Below, in pieces: positions 45,724 through 56,193 of a DNA stretch of 64,000 bases. The position numbers and the translations under genes are program-made. The notes beneath the pieces are model-generated. The model saw only the letters and a program-made list of their open reading frames with translations. It ran no database searches and was not told the origin of the DNA. The stretch covers positions 305 through 64,304 of the forward strand of contig CAXUFG010000001.1 in assembly GCA_964250265.1 (NCBI GenBank), read 5' to 3'. Within the stretch, counting starts at the first letter, position 1, and every line of letters starts with the position of its first letter. This stretch comes from an uncultured Pseudonocardiaceae bacterium (GTDB taxonomy: Bacteria > Actinomycetota > Actinomycetes > Mycobacteriales > Pseudonocardiaceae).

Positions 45724-47652
45724 GTGTGCGGGTTGCTGGGACTACTGACCGCGCAGCAGGACGCGGCGCAGCGGGTGGCGGATGTGACCGCGGCGCTGCG
45801 CTGCCAGCGGCATCGCGGACCCGATGAGACCGCGACCTGGCACGACGCTGACGTGGTGCTCGGCTTCAACCGACTGTCCATCATCGATCTCGAGCGCTCG
45901 CACCAGCCATTGCGATGGGGTCCGCCGGATGCTCCGGAGCGCTACACCATCCTGTCCAATTGTGAGATCTACAACTACATCGAGCTCCGTGAGGAACTAC
46001 GGCGCGAACCGTACGGGGTGAATTTTCGCACAGCGGGCGACACCGAGGTCATCCTCGCCGCTTACCACCATTTCGGGACGGCCGCCGTAAAGCGGCTTCG
46101 GGGGATGTTCGCGTTCGTTATCTGGGACGCGCAGCGCCGCGTCGCCTTCGGGGCCCGCGACCCGTTCGGTATCAAGCCGTTGTTCTGTTGTGCCGGCCCG
46201 GGCGGGGTGGCGCTCTCCAGCGAGAAGAAGAGCCTGCTTGAGCTGGCGCCATCACTCGGAGTGCCGACGGCTATAGACCGGCGAGCGCTGCAGCACTACC
46301 TGACCCTGCAGTACGTGCCCGAGCCAGCGTCCCTGCACACCGCCATCACCCGCATCGAGTCCGGCACCTCGTTCACCCTCTCCCCCGGTGGTCAGTTGAT
46401 CACCGAACGTTACTTTCATCCGCAGTTCCGGCCCCGTCAGGTCCGCTCCCAAGCCGACGCGGGGGCTCTGCACGACGAGATCTCCGCCGCCCTGCGGGAC
46501 TCGGTGGCCAAGCACATGCGGGCCGATGTCACCGTGGGGGCCTTCCTGTCCGGCGGGATCGACTCCACCGCCATCGCCGCGCTGGCTCGCGAACACAATC
46601 CGGATCTGATCACCTTCACCACCGGCTTCGAACGGGAGGGCTACTCCGAGGTGGACGTCGCCGCGGAGTCGGCAGCCGCGATCGGCGTCCGCCATGTCGT
46701 CCGCACCGTCTCGGCGACCGAGCTGGCCGACGCATTGCCGCTGATTGTGTGGTACCTCGATGATCCGGTGGCGGATCCCGCGCTGGTACCGCTGTGGTTC
46801 ATCGCCCGGGAGGCTCGCGAATACGTCAAGGTGGTGCTCTCCGGCGAGGGCGCCGACGAGTTGTTCGGTGGTTACACCATCTACCGGGAACCGCTGTCGT
46901 TAGCCACGTTCGAGAAGGTGCCCGGGGGGTTGCGCCGCGCGCTGGGCCGGATCTCCACCCGCATCCCCGAAGGGGTACGCGGTAAGGACCTGCTCCGTCG
47001 CGGCGCGCTGACACTGGAACAGCGCTACTACGGCAATGCGCGGATCTTCCGGGACGATCAGCTGCGCGAGGTGTTGCGCGGATACGACCCGACCGTCTCG
47101 CACGCCGATGTCACCGCCGACCCCTACGCCGCCTCCACCGGCTGGGATCCCGTCGCCCGCATGCAACATGTGGATCTGTTCACCTGGTTGCGCGGCGACA
47201 TTCTGGTCAAGGCCGACAAGGTGACTATGGCCAACTCGCTGGAGCTGCGAGTGCCTTTCCTCGATCCGGAAGTGTTCCGGGTGGCGTCCACCATCCCACT
47301 GGCGGAGAAGATCACTCGCGAGACCACCAAGCACGCACTACGCCGAGCGCTGCGCGACATCGTGCCCGCGCACGTGCTGAACCGGCCCAAATTAGGCTTC
47401 CCTGTGCCGATCCGGCACTGGCTACGCCACGACCTGCACGGTTGGGCCCGCGACATTGTCGACGAATCGGGCACCGCCGAGTTCCTCGATCTCACGGCGG
47501 TGCGCCGGATGCTCGATGAGCACCGTACGGGTCCACGCGACCACAGCAGGCGGATCTGGGCGGTGTTGGTGTTCATGCTCTGGCACGGCATCTTCGTCGA
47601 GCAGCGAATCACCCCGGCAGTGCCGGAACCGCGCTACCCGGTGCAGGTTTAG
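45724..47652 (+). CDS. asnB: Asparagine synthase (glutamine-hydrolysing)
   Basis: N-terminal nucleophile (M)CGLLG, and PP-loop SGGIDSTAIAALA. GTG start. Confidence 0.9.
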   Translation: MCGLLGLLTAQQDAAQRVADVTAALRCQRHRGPDETATWHDADVVLGFNRLSIIDLERSHQPLRWGPPDAPERYTILSNCEIYNYIELREELRREPYGVNFRTAGDTEVILAAYHHFGTAAVKRLRGMFAFVIWDAQRRVAFGARDPFGIKPLFCCAGPGGVALSSEKKSLLELAPSLGVPTAIDRRALQHYLTLQYVPEPASLHTAITRIESGTSFTLSPGGQLITERYFHPQFRPRQVRSQADAGALHDEISAALRDSVAKHMRADVTVGAFLSGGIDSTAIAALAREHNPDLITFTTGFEREGYSEVDVAAESAAAIGVRHVVRTVSATELADALPLIVWYLDDPVADPALVPLWFIAREAREYVKVVLSGEGADELFGGYTIYREPLSLATFEKVPGGLRRALGRISTRIPEGVRGKDLLRRGALTLEQRYYGNARIFRDDQLREVLRGYDPTVSHADVTADPYAASTGWDPVARMQHVDLFTWLRGDILVKADKVTMANSLELRVPFLDPEVFRVASTIPLAEKITRETTKHALRRALRDIVPAHVLNRPKLGFPVPIRHWLRHDLHGWARDIVDESGTAEFLDLTAVRRMLDEHRTGPRDHSRRIWAVLVFMLWHGIFVEQRITPAVPEPRYPVQV

Positions 47653-47713
47653 CCGAGCATCTGTGCCCGACGCGCCGTGCACCAGCGCCCGGCACACCGA
47701 CTTGGCCGGGCCG

Positions 47714-48076
47714 CTAGTTGAACGAATCTCCGCAGGCGCAGGAGCCGCCGGCGTTGGGGTTGTCGATCGTGAATCCCTGCTTCTCGATGGTGTCCACGAA
47801 ATCGATCACAGCACCCTGCAGGTACGGCACGCTCATCCGGTCGACCACAACGGCGAGACCGTTGAAGTCCCGCATGACATCGCCGTCGAGCGTGCGCTCA
47901 TCGAAAAAGAGCTGGTAGCGCAGCCCGGCACAACCACCAGGTTGCACGGCGATGCGCAGATGCATGTCGGTTCGGCCCTCCTGGTCGAGTAACGCCTTCG
48001 CCTTGATGGCGGCCGCGTCGGTGAGCTCGACACCGTGCGTGGGCACCTCGGTGCCGGCGATGTTCTCGACGGTCAT
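47714..48076 (-). CDS. erpA: HesB/IscA-type iron-sulfur cluster insertion protein
   Basis: 120 aa, with C-x(n)-CACGDSF at the C-terminus and GGCAGLRY. Confidence 0.85.
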   Translation of the reverse strand: MTVENIAGTEVPTHGVELTDAAAIKAKALLDQEGRTDMHLRIAVQPGGCAGLRYQLFFDERTLDGDVMRDFNGLAVVVDRMSVPYLQGAVIDFVDTIEKQGFTIDNPNAGGSCACGDSFN

Positions 48077-48203
48077 GGACTCTCCCCTGGGATCTACGCT
48101 CGGGACGGACAGCTCGTTCTACTCTACGCGAACGCCCGCGACCTCCCGGGTGATTCCCACCTCCCGTGGTGACACATCACTGTTCACCGACCCGTGCCCT
48201 AGG

Positions 48204-48854
48204 GTGGTCATCGTGAGGTTCCTGCGCGGCAACACTGGCTCTGGTGCCACCGATCCCGAGCCGGAGCCAGCAGCGGAGGTCGAGTCCGACCCGGACGAGA
48301 TCGCTCGCCGATCCCGCACGATCGGCAAGGGCCGACCGACCCCGAGCCGCCGGGAGGCGGAGGGTCGCAAGCGCGGGCCAGCGCCTCCACCGCCCCGCAC
48401 TCAGCGGGAAGCCCTCACCCGGATGCGTGGATCCAAGGAGGAACGCCGCAACGCCTCCGCTGCGCGCCGTGAACGCATGCTAGCTGGGGACGAGAAGTAC
48501 CTGCTGCCTCGCGATCGTGGCCCGGTGAAGGCCTACGTGCGGGACCTGGTCGATTCTCGGCGGCACCTCGCCGGCGCGTTCATGCCGCTGGCCCTGCTGG
48601 TGATCGTGGTGATCCTGGTGCCGTCGCCGATAGTGCAGTCGTACGTGTCCCTGGTGTCGATGGTGATGCTTGTCGCGATCATCATCGAGGGAGTGCTGCT
48701 GGGTCGAGTCGTCACCCGTCGCGTCCGCGAGCGATTCCCCAAAGCGTCGGAGTCCGGTTCGACCCTGGGGTTCTATGCCATGACCAGAGCAACCCAGCTG
48801 CGCCGGATGCGGGTGCCCAAGCCTCGCGTCAATCGCGGCGACCCGATCCCGTAA
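48204..48854 (+). CDS. DUF3043 domain membrane protein
   Basis: Basic N-terminal region (GKGRPTPSRREAEGRKRGP...), YLLPRDRGPVKAYVRDLVDSRR, and two TM helices. ORF 47952..48854 was trimmed to the GTG at 48204 (or 48213). Confidence 0.7.
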   Translation: MVIVRFLRGNTGSGATDPEPEPAAEVESDPDEIARRSRTIGKGRPTPSRREAEGRKRGPAPPPPRTQREALTRMRGSKEERRNASAARRERMLAGDEKYLLPRDRGPVKAYVRDLVDSRRHLAGAFMPLALLVIVVILVPSPIVQSYVSLVSMVMLVAIIIEGVLLGRVVTRRVRERFPKASESGSTLGFYAMTRATQLRRMRVPKPRVNRGDPIP

Positions 48855-48866
48855 CCGTCTCCTCTG

Positions 48867-49391
48867 ATGCGGACGCTGGTACTCGGGGGCGCACGCTCGG
48901 GCAAATCAGCCCACGCCGAGGGGTTACTGAGCGAAGCGCAGGTAGACTACCTGGCCACCGCCCGGCGCCACCCCGATGACCCTGACTGGGCGGCGCGGAT
49001 TGCCGTGCACGTCGCCCGCAGACCCTCGGGATGGCGCACCGTCGAGCCCGCAGACCTCCCCCGTGCATTGCGGGCCGCCGGTCCAGTCCCGGTGCTGGTC
49101 GACGACATCGCCACCTGGCTGACCGGAGAACTGGACAATGTCGGAGCGTGGACAGGCAACGTGGACGCGGTGCGTGCCTGCCGCGCACGGTGCAGGGAGT
49201 TGGTGTCGGCAGTGGCGGCCTGCCCGGCACGCCTGGTGCTGGTCAGCGCGGAGGTGGGGCTCGGCGTTGTGCCGGTGACCCCCGCTGGGCGGCTGTTCCG
49301 CGACGAGCTGGGTGCGCTCAACGCAGAGCTTGCCGCGGCCTGCGAGGAGGTACTGCTGCTGGTGGCGGGCCTGCCTGTCAGACTGCGCTAA
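48867..49391 (+). CDS. cobU: Adenosylcobinamide kinase / adenosylcobinamide-phosphate guanylyltransferase
   Basis: P-loop [15 protein letters not shown]. The size (174 aa) and the position upstream of cobT-cobS fit. Confidence 0.8.
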   Translation: MRTLVLGGARSGKSAHAEGLLSEAQVDYLATARRHPDDPDWAARIAVHVARRPSGWRTVEPADLPRALRAAGPVPVLVDDIATWLTGELDNVGAWTGNVDAVRACRARCRELVSAVAACPARLVLVSAEVGLGVVPVTPAGRLFRDELGALNAELAAACEEVLLLVAGLPVRLR

Positions 49392-49441
49392 GGGAAAGAT
49401 GGGGACCAAGCGATGGACACCGAGTACCCCAGGAGAGCGGC

Positions 49442-50515
49442 GTGCAGTTCCCCACGATCAAGCCACCAGACCTGCAAGCCCACCGCGAAGCGGTGGCCCG
49501 ACATGGGCAGCTGACCAAACCGGCGGGCTCCCTGGGCCGGCTGGAAGAACTGGGCGTGTGGGCTGCTGCCTGCCAGGGGGCCTGCCCGCCGCACCCCTTC
49601 GCCCGCCCGCAGGTGGTGGTGTTCGCCGGGGACCACGGCGTCGCCGCGCACGCCGTGTCCGCGTATCCCAGCGAGGTCACCCAGCAGATGATGGGCAACT
49701 TCCTCAGCGGAGGGGCAGCAGTGAACGTGCTCGCTGCGGTAGCGGGGGCCACCGTGCGGGTTGTCGATCTGGCCGTGGACTGCGACCCCGCCACCGTTGG
49801 CACGCCACCAATGGTCATCAAGCACAAGGTCCGTCGCTCCAGCGGTGCGATCCACCTGCAGGACGCGCTGACCGACGTGGAGGTGACCCAGGCGCTGGAC
49901 GCCGGAGTGACGATTGCCAACGAGGAGATCGACCGTGGCGCTGACCTGCTCGTCGCCGGCGACATGGGGATCGGCAACACCACTCCCGCCGCGGTGCTGA
50001 TCGCGGCACTCACCGGGGCGGAACCAGTGGCGGTCGTGGGTCGTGGCAGCGGGGTCGACGATGCCGGCTGGATGCGCAAGGCCGCCGTGATCCGCGACGC
50101 GCTGCGCCGGGCTCGCCCAGTGGTGGGTGATCCCGTGGCATTACTGCGCACCGCTGGGGGTGCCGATATCGCGGCGATGGCCGCTTTCCTGGCCCAAGCT
50201 GCACTCCGGCGCACCCCGGTGATACTCGACGGCGTGATCGTCGGGGCCGCGGCGATGCTCGCCGAGGAGCTCGCGCCCGGCGCACGGCACTGGTGGGTGG
50301 CCGGTCACCGCTCGGTCGAGCCCGCACACACATTGGCACTGCAGCATCTGGAACTTGACCCCATCCTCGAGCTGGGTATGCGGCTAGGAGAGGGGTCTGG
50401 GGCCCTCGCGGCGCTGCCGCTGGTACAGATGGCCGTCCGGGTGCTCGCCGAGATGGCCACCTTCGCCGACGCCGGCGTCTCCGGTCCGGTGGGTGCCCCG
50501 TTGCCAACCAGGTGA
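49442..50515 (+). CDS. cobT: Nicotinate-nucleotide--dimethylbenzimidazole phosphoribosyltransferase
   Basis: ORF 49031..50515 was trimmed to the GTG at 49442, preceded by AGGAGAG. It has [14 protein letters not shown] and [12 protein letters not shown] motifs. Confidence 0.9.
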   Translation: MQFPTIKPPDLQAHREAVARHGQLTKPAGSLGRLEELGVWAAACQGACPPHPFARPQVVVFAGDHGVAAHAVSAYPSEVTQQMMGNFLSGGAAVNVLAAVAGATVRVVDLAVDCDPATVGTPPMVIKHKVRRSSGAIHLQDALTDVEVTQALDAGVTIANEEIDRGADLLVAGDMGIGNTTPAAVLIAALTGAEPVAVVGRGSGVDDAGWMRKAAVIRDALRRARPVVGDPVALLRTAGGADIAAMAAFLAQAALRRTPVILDGVIVGAAAMLAEELAPGARHWWVAGHRSVEPAHTLALQHLELDPILELGMRLGEGSGALAALPLVQMAVRVLAEMATFADAGVSGPVGAPLPTR

Positions 50516-51261
50516 TCAGTGGGCTACGGCTCGCGGTGTCCTGGCTGACCGTCTTGCCGGTGCCTGCGCCCGGCGAAGTGAACCAGGACGTCGCTCGCCG
50601 GGCGCTGTACTGGGCGCCGGTAGTCGGTGCCGGGCTGGGTTCGCTTGCTGCTGGCGTGCTGACGGCGCTGCATGCGCTGGGCGCGCCGTCCTTGCTGACC
50701 GGGCTCGCCGTGGTGGGGATGCTGGCCGGGCTGACTCGCGGGATGCACTTGGACGGCCTGGCCGACACGGCTGACGGGCTGGGTTGCTACGGGGGGCCAC
50801 AGCGGGCGTTGGAGGTGATGCGGGACGGGTCGTGCGGACCGTTCGGAGTTGTCACGCTGGTGTTGGTGCTGACCACGCAAGCCACTGCGCTGGGAACCCT
50901 CGCAGAGACCAGCCGGCTGATTGCCGTGATTCTGGCGATGATCGCCGGACGAGCCGCCTTCGGCTGGTGTGCCCGGACAGGGATACCCGCTGCCCGGCCG
51001 GCAGGCATGGGAGCGCTGGTGGCCGGTAGCCAGCCCGTCGCTGTACCTGTGGCCTGGTCGGCGATCCTGCTGGCTGGTGGCCTGCTGGCAGTGCCCGGCC
51101 GGCCCTGGCAGGGCGCGCTGGCAGTGTCCTTGGCCACTCTCATGGTGGTAGCGATCTCCGCACACACTCGCTGCCGCTTCGGCGGCGTCACCGGTGACGT
51201 ACTAGGCGCAACCAGCGAACTGACCACCACCGTCATCCTCGCCGTCTGCGCCCTGGGCTGA
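50512..51261 (+). CDS. cobS: Adenosylcobinamide-GDP ribazoletransferase
   Basis: Polytopic 249-aa protein with [10 protein letters not shown] and [10 protein letters not shown] motifs. The GTG overlaps the cobT stop (GTGA). Confidence 0.85.
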   Translation: MISGLRLAVSWLTVLPVPAPGEVNQDVARRALYWAPVVGAGLGSLAAGVLTALHALGAPSLLTGLAVVGMLAGLTRGMHLDGLADTADGLGCYGGPQRALEVMRDGSCGPFGVVTLVLVLTTQATALGTLAETSRLIAVILAMIAGRAAFGWCARTGIPAARPAGMGALVAGSQPVAVPVAWSAILLAGGLLAVPGRPWQGALAVSLATLMVVAISAHTRCRFGGVTGDVLGATSELTTTVILAVCALG

Positions 51262-51262
51262 T

Positions 51263-51328
51263 CCCCGACATGGAGACATGTCGGGGTCAAAGCAGTCCGC
51301 GTTGGCCCGATATGTCTCCATGTCGGGC
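51263..51328. repeat. Double-palindromic ~65-bp repeat element, copy 1
   Basis: CCCCGACATGGAGACATGTCGGGG - 19 nt - CCCGATATGTCTCCATGTCGGGC. Each arm is itself a hairpin, and the two arms are reverse complements of each other. It has the same architecture as 63869..63933. Confidence 0.85.
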
Positions 51329-52432
51329 CTGACATAGGGGGGTCATCCAGTGGTGGGGGTCGGGCGCGGCGCCGCGTTGGATGGCGGTGAGAGAGGCGCG
51401 AAGCTGGGCGGTGATGGGGCCGGGAGCGCCGCTGCCAATGGTGAACTCGCCACCAGGGTGGACGACCCTCCCGACGGGGGTGATCACCGCGGCGGTACCG
51501 CAGGCGAAGACCTCGGAGATGTCCCCGGCCTGGACACCCTTCTCCCACTCCTCCGTGGAGAGCCGTCGCTCCTCGACGCCTAACCCGTGATCCCGGGCCA
51601 GGATGAGCAGGGAATCACGGGTAATCCCGGGCAGCAGAGCGCCAGTGAGCTCAGGAGTCACCAGCCGCGCCTGCTTGCCCTCGCCGAAGACGAAGTAGAG
51701 ATTGTTGGTGCCCATCTCCTCGACCCAACGCCGCTCGACCGCATCTAGCCATACGACCTGGTCGCAACCGTTGTCGGCGGCCTGTTGCTGGACCACCAGC
51801 GAGGCGGCGTAGTTGCCGGCAAACTTGGCTGCTCCGGTACCGCCGGGTGCGGCACGGACATATTCGGTGCACAGCCAGACGCTGACCGGCTCAAGCCCGT
51901 CGCGGAAGTATGGCCCAGCCGGGGAGGCGATGAGCAGGTACCGGTAGTTCGAGGCAGGCCGCATCCCAAGGCCCACCTCGGTGGCGAACAGCATCGGTCG
52001 CAGGTATAGCGACTCCTCCCCGCCGGCTGCGGGCACCCAGCCGATGTCGGCGCGCACCAGCTCACGCAGTGAGCCGAGGAACAGCTCGTCAGGAAGCTCT
52101 GGCATCGCTATCCGGCGGGCCGAGGAGCGCAGCCGGGCAGCGTTGGCCAGCGGCCGGAAGCAGGACACTGTGCCATCTGGCTGCCGGTAGGCTTTGAGGC
52201 CTTCGAAGATCGCCTGCCCGTAGTGCAGCACCATGCTGGCCGGGTCCATCACCAGCTGCTGGTAGGGACCGATCTGGGCGTCATGCCAACCACGGCCCGC
52301 GGTCCAGCTGATCTCCACCATGTGATCGGTGAAGTACTTGCCGAAGCCGGGCGCGGCCAGGATCTCCGCGCGCCGTTGGGGTGACACCGGACCGCGGTGC
52401 GGCAGCCGAGTGAACAGTGGCGCGGCGCTCAT
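51287..52432 (-). CDS. ilvE: Branched-chain amino acid aminotransferase
   Basis: ORF 51287..52606 was trimmed to the ATG at 52432. It has [19 protein letters not shown] and [15 protein letters not shown], collinear with mycobacterial IlvE. The last ~14 codons lie inside the repeat element. Confidence 0.9.
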   Translation of the reverse strand: MSAAPLFTRLPHRGPVSPQRRAEILAAPGFGKYFTDHMVEISWTAGRGWHDAQIGPYQQLVMDPASMVLHYGQAIFEGLKAYRQPDGTVSCFRPLANAARLRSSARRIAMPELPDELFLGSLRELVRADIGWVPAAGGEESLYLRPMLFATEVGLGMRPASNYRYLLIASPAGPYFRDGLEPVSVWLCTEYVRAAPGGTGAAKFAGNYAASLVVQQQAADNGCDQVVWLDAVERRWVEEMGTNNLYFVFGEGKQARLVTPELTGALLPGITRDSLLILARDHGLGVEERRLSTEEWEKGVQAGDISEVFACGTAAVITPVGRVVHPGGEFTIGSGAPGPITAQLRASLTAIQRGAAPDPHHWMTPLCQARHGDISGQRGLL

Positions 52433-52602
52433 GACCAGCACGGTATCCCGTCGAGCACAGAAATGGTAGGACGTCCCACTACTCAAAACGTGCCTCATGC
52501 TGGCTCGCGTGAGCAAGCCTCGGACGGTGCGGATTACTCGCACCCGGCTCGCAGAGATCGGTACTCGTGAGCGCGTAACAGTGTTATAGCACCAAACGCC
52601 AC

Positions 52603-52988
52603 TCACGCACCAAGCCGCTGCGCGGCTTGGTGCGGGTCCAGGCGTTCGAGGCCGCCGATACCGTCGAAATCGCGATCAGGTGAGACGATGATCGAGATAC
52701 CACGACGGAGCGCGGTTGCCGCGTGCACAGCGTCACGAACCCGGAGAGCCGGATGGGTCGCCACGAGGTTCAGCGCTAAGCGGAGATCATCCTCACCGAA
52801 GTCGTGCAGCAGGCACAGCGCGGCAACGTCGCGTGCTTGCTCGCGGACGCGCGCCCCATCGAGCCCCCGCCGGGGAACCGCATCACTCGACAGCCGGCCC
52901 GTGACATCTGCTCGATCTCATTCTTGATCAACGGCCAGTCGGACACCGGGATGGGCGCGGCATCGAGGACCCGGCGCGCCGCCTCCAA
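52603..52988 (-). pseudogene. PIN-domain (VapC-like) gene remnant, 5'-truncated and frame-disrupted
   Basis: One minus-strand frame reads ...[51 protein letters not shown], a typical PIN C-terminal half. Upstream of this, that frame is closed by a TGA and has no start. The adjacent N-terminal-like piece (ARRVLDAAPIPVSDWPLIKNEIEQ) is in another frame and abuts the gcvT stop. Confidence 0.5.
52607..52633 (-). terminator. Candidate intrinsic terminator hairpin downstream of gcvT/PIN remnant
   Basis: GCACCAAGCCGC-TGC-GCGGCTTGGTGC, a perfect 12-bp stem. On the minus strand it is followed by GUGAGUGGCGUUUGGUGCU, a weak U-tract. Confidence 0.4.
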
Positions 52989-52989
52989 G

Positions 52990-54093
52990 CTAGCGCACGT
53001 GGGAGGGCACGAAGGGAGGTTTGACGACCTCGCAGGGCAGCGCACGGCCACGGACGTCGACTTCAACGACCTCGCCAGGCCGCACCGCGACATCGAGCAG
53101 GGCCAGCGCGATGCCAGTGCGCAAAGTGGGGGAAAAGGTTCCCGAGGTGGTCTCCCCCAGCGGCACACCCTCCGTGGACCGCACCGCCATGTGCGGTCGC
53201 GGCACCCCGCGCGTAGTGGCGCGAAGCCCGCGCAGCCGCCGCGACGGGCCAACCTCGCGCTCCGCGAGCAGCGCCGCTCGGCCCCAGAACGCAGGTTTGT
53301 TCCACCCGATGGCCCAGGCCAGGCCGCCCTGCAGAGCAGTGATGTCCGGCCCGAGGTCCTGGCCGTGCAGTGGGTAGCCCATCTCGGTACGCAGGGTGTC
53401 GCGAGCCCCGAGCCCGCACGCCCGGCCACCCAGTGGGCCCGACGCGGCGAGCAGCGCCTCCCACAGCGCCGGCGCATGCGCCCAGGGCGCCAACAACTCG
53501 TAGCCCCGTTCGCCGGTGTAGCCGGTACGACCCACCCGCACCGTCGCGCCATCCTGCTCGGCATCGACGAAGGCCAGGTAATCGAGGTCGGCGAGCGGCA
53601 GGCCCACGGCCGCAAGTAGCTCCGCCGAGCGGGGTCCCTGCACGGCGAGCACGGCGTACTCGTCGTGCCGATCGGCCACCGTCACCGCCGGAGGCGCCAC
53701 AGCAGCCAGCCGATGAGCGAGGACTGCGGCGTTTGCCGCATTCGGTATGCAGAACACCTCGTTCGCGCCGACCAGATAGGCGATCAGATCGTCCAGCACG
53801 CCACCGTCCTCAGCGCAGAACAAGGTGTATTGGGCGTGTCCGGGCGCGACCTTTCCCAGATCAGCGGTGAGGCAGGAGTTGACGAATTGGGCGGCCCCGG
53901 GCCCGGTGACGCTTACCTTGCCAAGGTGCGAGACGTCGAACACGCCCACTGCCTCGCGCACCGCAGTGTGCTCGGCGACGACGCCCCCGCTGGGATAGCT
54001 GATCGGCATCTCCCACCCACCGAACGGTCCCAGAGTGGCGCCGGCTTCGACATGGAAGGCGTGCAGGGGTCCGCGGTGCAGGTCAGGACTCAC
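52990..54093 (-). CDS. gcvT: Glycine cleavage system aminomethyltransferase (T protein)
   Basis: 367 aa, with typical GcvT blocks ([47 protein letters not shown]). Confidence 0.95.
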   Translation of the reverse strand: MSPDLHRGPLHAFHVEAGATLGPFGGWEMPISYPSGGVVAEHTAVREAVGVFDVSHLGKVSVTGPGAAQFVNSCLTADLGKVAPGHAQYTLFCAEDGGVLDDLIAYLVGANEVFCIPNAANAAVLAHRLAAVAPPAVTVADRHDEYAVLAVQGPRSAELLAAVGLPLADLDYLAFVDAEQDGATVRVGRTGYTGERGYELLAPWAHAPALWEALLAASGPLGGRACGLGARDTLRTEMGYPLHGQDLGPDITALQGGLAWAIGWNKPAFWGRAALLAEREVGPSRRLRGLRATTRGVPRPHMAVRSTEGVPLGETTSGTFSPTLRTGIALALLDVAVRPGEVVEVDVRGRALPCEVVKPPFVPSHVR

Positions 54094-54182
54094 GGCTATG
54101 GAACGCTACATCCAGTGGCGATCGTCACCGTCACCTGCCCGCAGCATTCCGCCCATCTGGCCAGATCAACGAGGAGATCACC

Positions 54183-55670
54183 GTGACTACCCCGACGCTG
54201 CGTCTCACGGATGCCTCGGTGACCACCGCGACCGTCGATGCCCTCGTGGTAGGGACCGTGCTCGGCGACGGAGGTCCCCGGCTCCTCCCGGGCAGTGAAG
54301 AAGTCGACGCTGCATTCGGCGGGGCGCTCACCGAGCTGCTGTCCGTGCTCGGCTCCCGGGGAAAGGCCGATGAGGTGATCAAAGTACCCACCCGGGGAGC
54401 CATCAGCGCACCGCTGCTGCTCGCTACTGGCCTCGGCGAGGTCGACGGCCAGCCCACCAGCGAACAGGTGCGCCGAGCAGCGGGAGCAGCCTCCCGAGCG
54501 CTGTCGGGAACCTCTCGGGCGATCACGACGCTGTCCAGGATCGATCTGACCGCCGCTGCGGAGGGCACCGCGCTGGGCAGCTACGCATTCACCGCATATC
54601 GTTCCACCAACGGCGACGGACCGCTGGGTCAGATGGATCTGTCGGTGCCTTCGGGCAGCAACGCCAGCGCAGAGCAGGACCTCGCCCGGGCCGCCATGAT
54701 TGCCGAATCGGTTGCTGCTGCGCGCGATCTGGTGAACACGCCACCCAACGACCTCTATCCCGCGTCGTTCGCCGACCGCGCCGTGACGATGGCGCAGGCC
54801 GCTGGGCTGCGTACCGAGGTGCTGGATGAGAAGGCACTGCGGCGTGAAGGCTACGGCGGGATCCTCGGTGTCGGCGGCGGATCGTCCCGCCCGCCGCGGC
54901 TGGTCCGGCTGCATCATGCCCCGGCCGCGGCGAGGGCGAAGGTGGCCCTGGTCGGCAAAGGGATCACCTTCGACACCGGCGGCATCTCGATCAAGCCGGC
55001 GGCGAAGATGGAGGAGATGACCATGGACATGGCGGGTGCGGCCGCCGTGGTGGTCACCGCGGTGCTGGCCGCACGGCTGGAACTGCCGGTCGAGGTGATC
55101 GCCACCGTGCCGATGGCCGAGAACATGCCCTCGGCCACCGCTTACCGGCCGGGAGACGTGCTCACAATGTACGGGGGCACCACCGTCGAGGTGCTCAACA
55201 CCGACGCAGAAGGCCGGCTGATCCTCGCCGATGCACTGGTCCGCGCGGCGCAAGACGCCCCGGACTACATCATCGACACCGCCACGTTGACCGGCGCCCA
55301 GATCATCGCGTTAGGCAACCGCACGCCGGGGATCATGGGCACACCGGAGTTCCGTGATCGGGTCACCGCGATCTCGCAGCAGGTCGGGGAGGGCGGCTGG
55401 GCTATGCCGCTACCTGAACATCTGCGGTCCGATCTTGACTCGAAGCTCGCCGACATCGCCAACGTGGCAAGCCACCGCTGGGGCGGCATGCTCGCCGCCG
55501 GGGTGTTCCTGTCCGAGTTCGTTCCCGACGGCATCCCTTGGGCGCATCTGGACATCGCCGGGCCGGCCTACAACTCCGGCTCACCGTGGGGGTACACCGG
55601 CAAGGGAGGGACCGGAGTACCGGTCCGCACCCTGGCTGCGGTCCTGGCGGACATAGCCGAACGGGGCTGA
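54183..55670 (+). CDS. pepA: Leucyl aminopeptidase (M17)
   Basis: [16 protein letters not shown] and [14 protein letters not shown] motifs. GTG start. Confidence 0.9.
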   Translation: MTTPTLRLTDASVTTATVDALVVGTVLGDGGPRLLPGSEEVDAAFGGALTELLSVLGSRGKADEVIKVPTRGAISAPLLLATGLGEVDGQPTSEQVRRAAGAASRALSGTSRAITTLSRIDLTAAAEGTALGSYAFTAYRSTNGDGPLGQMDLSVPSGSNASAEQDLARAAMIAESVAAARDLVNTPPNDLYPASFADRAVTMAQAAGLRTEVLDEKALRREGYGGILGVGGGSSRPPRLVRLHHAPAAARAKVALVGKGITFDTGGISIKPAAKMEEMTMDMAGAAAVVVTAVLAARLELPVEVIATVPMAENMPSATAYRPGDVLTMYGGTTVEVLNTDAEGRLILADALVRAAQDAPDYIIDTATLTGAQIIALGNRTPGIMGTPEFRDRVTAISQQVGEGGWAMPLPEHLRSDLDSKLADIANVASHRWGGMLAAGVFLSEFVPDGIPWAHLDIAGPAYNSGSPWGYTGKGGTGVPVRTLAAVLADIAERG

Positions 55671-55680
55671 TCCGCTGGGA

Positions 55681-56010
55681 TTACTCCTGTTGCTCCCGCT
55701 TACGCTGGCGAGCGGTGTAGTCACGCATCCGCTGCGGGTAGCCGACCAGGGCAACGTCATAGACCGGAATTCCCAGCCGCTTGCCCAGCCGGCGCGCGCC
55801 CTCGGCACCGTCGATCCTGCGCCGGGTCCACTCACCGTCGTGCGCGACCAGCACGACGGTGGTCTCGGTGACCGCGGTGCGGGGCTCGACGAACGCCTCC
55901 ACTCCCCGACGGGACGCCGCCCACTGCTCAAGGTAGTCGACGTCAGCGGTGGACGCGGCGCGCGTCGTCCCGGCATGCCGCCTGCCCAGGATTCGATCCA
56001 GCACTCCCAC
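55681..56010 (-). CDS. Conserved hypothetical protein
   Basis: ORF 55681..56079 was trimmed to the GTG at 56010, preceded by GAAGGAGG. 109 aa with a basic C-terminus and no motif I can name. Confidence 0.45.
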   Translation of the reverse strand: MGVLDRILGRRHAGTTRAASTADVDYLEQWAASRRGVEAFVEPRTAVTETTVVLVAHDGEWTRRRIDGAEGARRLGKRLGIPVYDVALVGYPQRMRDYTARQRKREQQE

Positions 56011-56193
56011 CTCGACACCTCCTTCGCCACCTGTTCTTCGGCATGAATCGCGCCAGCTCAACGCACAATGCCAGGGCAATTACTCCGCAGCGCGGTGCGA
56101 TCTCGCCCACGTCGCCGACCTGCTGGGCCTGGTGACAAGATGGCAGCGGCGCCCAACCCCACGTTACCGACGTCTGCTTGAGGAGCGTCTGAA

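Noticed and set aside
54094-54182. A second glycine riboswitch upstream of gcvT.
   Set aside because: Only 89 bp separate gcvT from the divergent pepA start, and neither GGAGAG nor CCGAAGG-GCAA cores are present.
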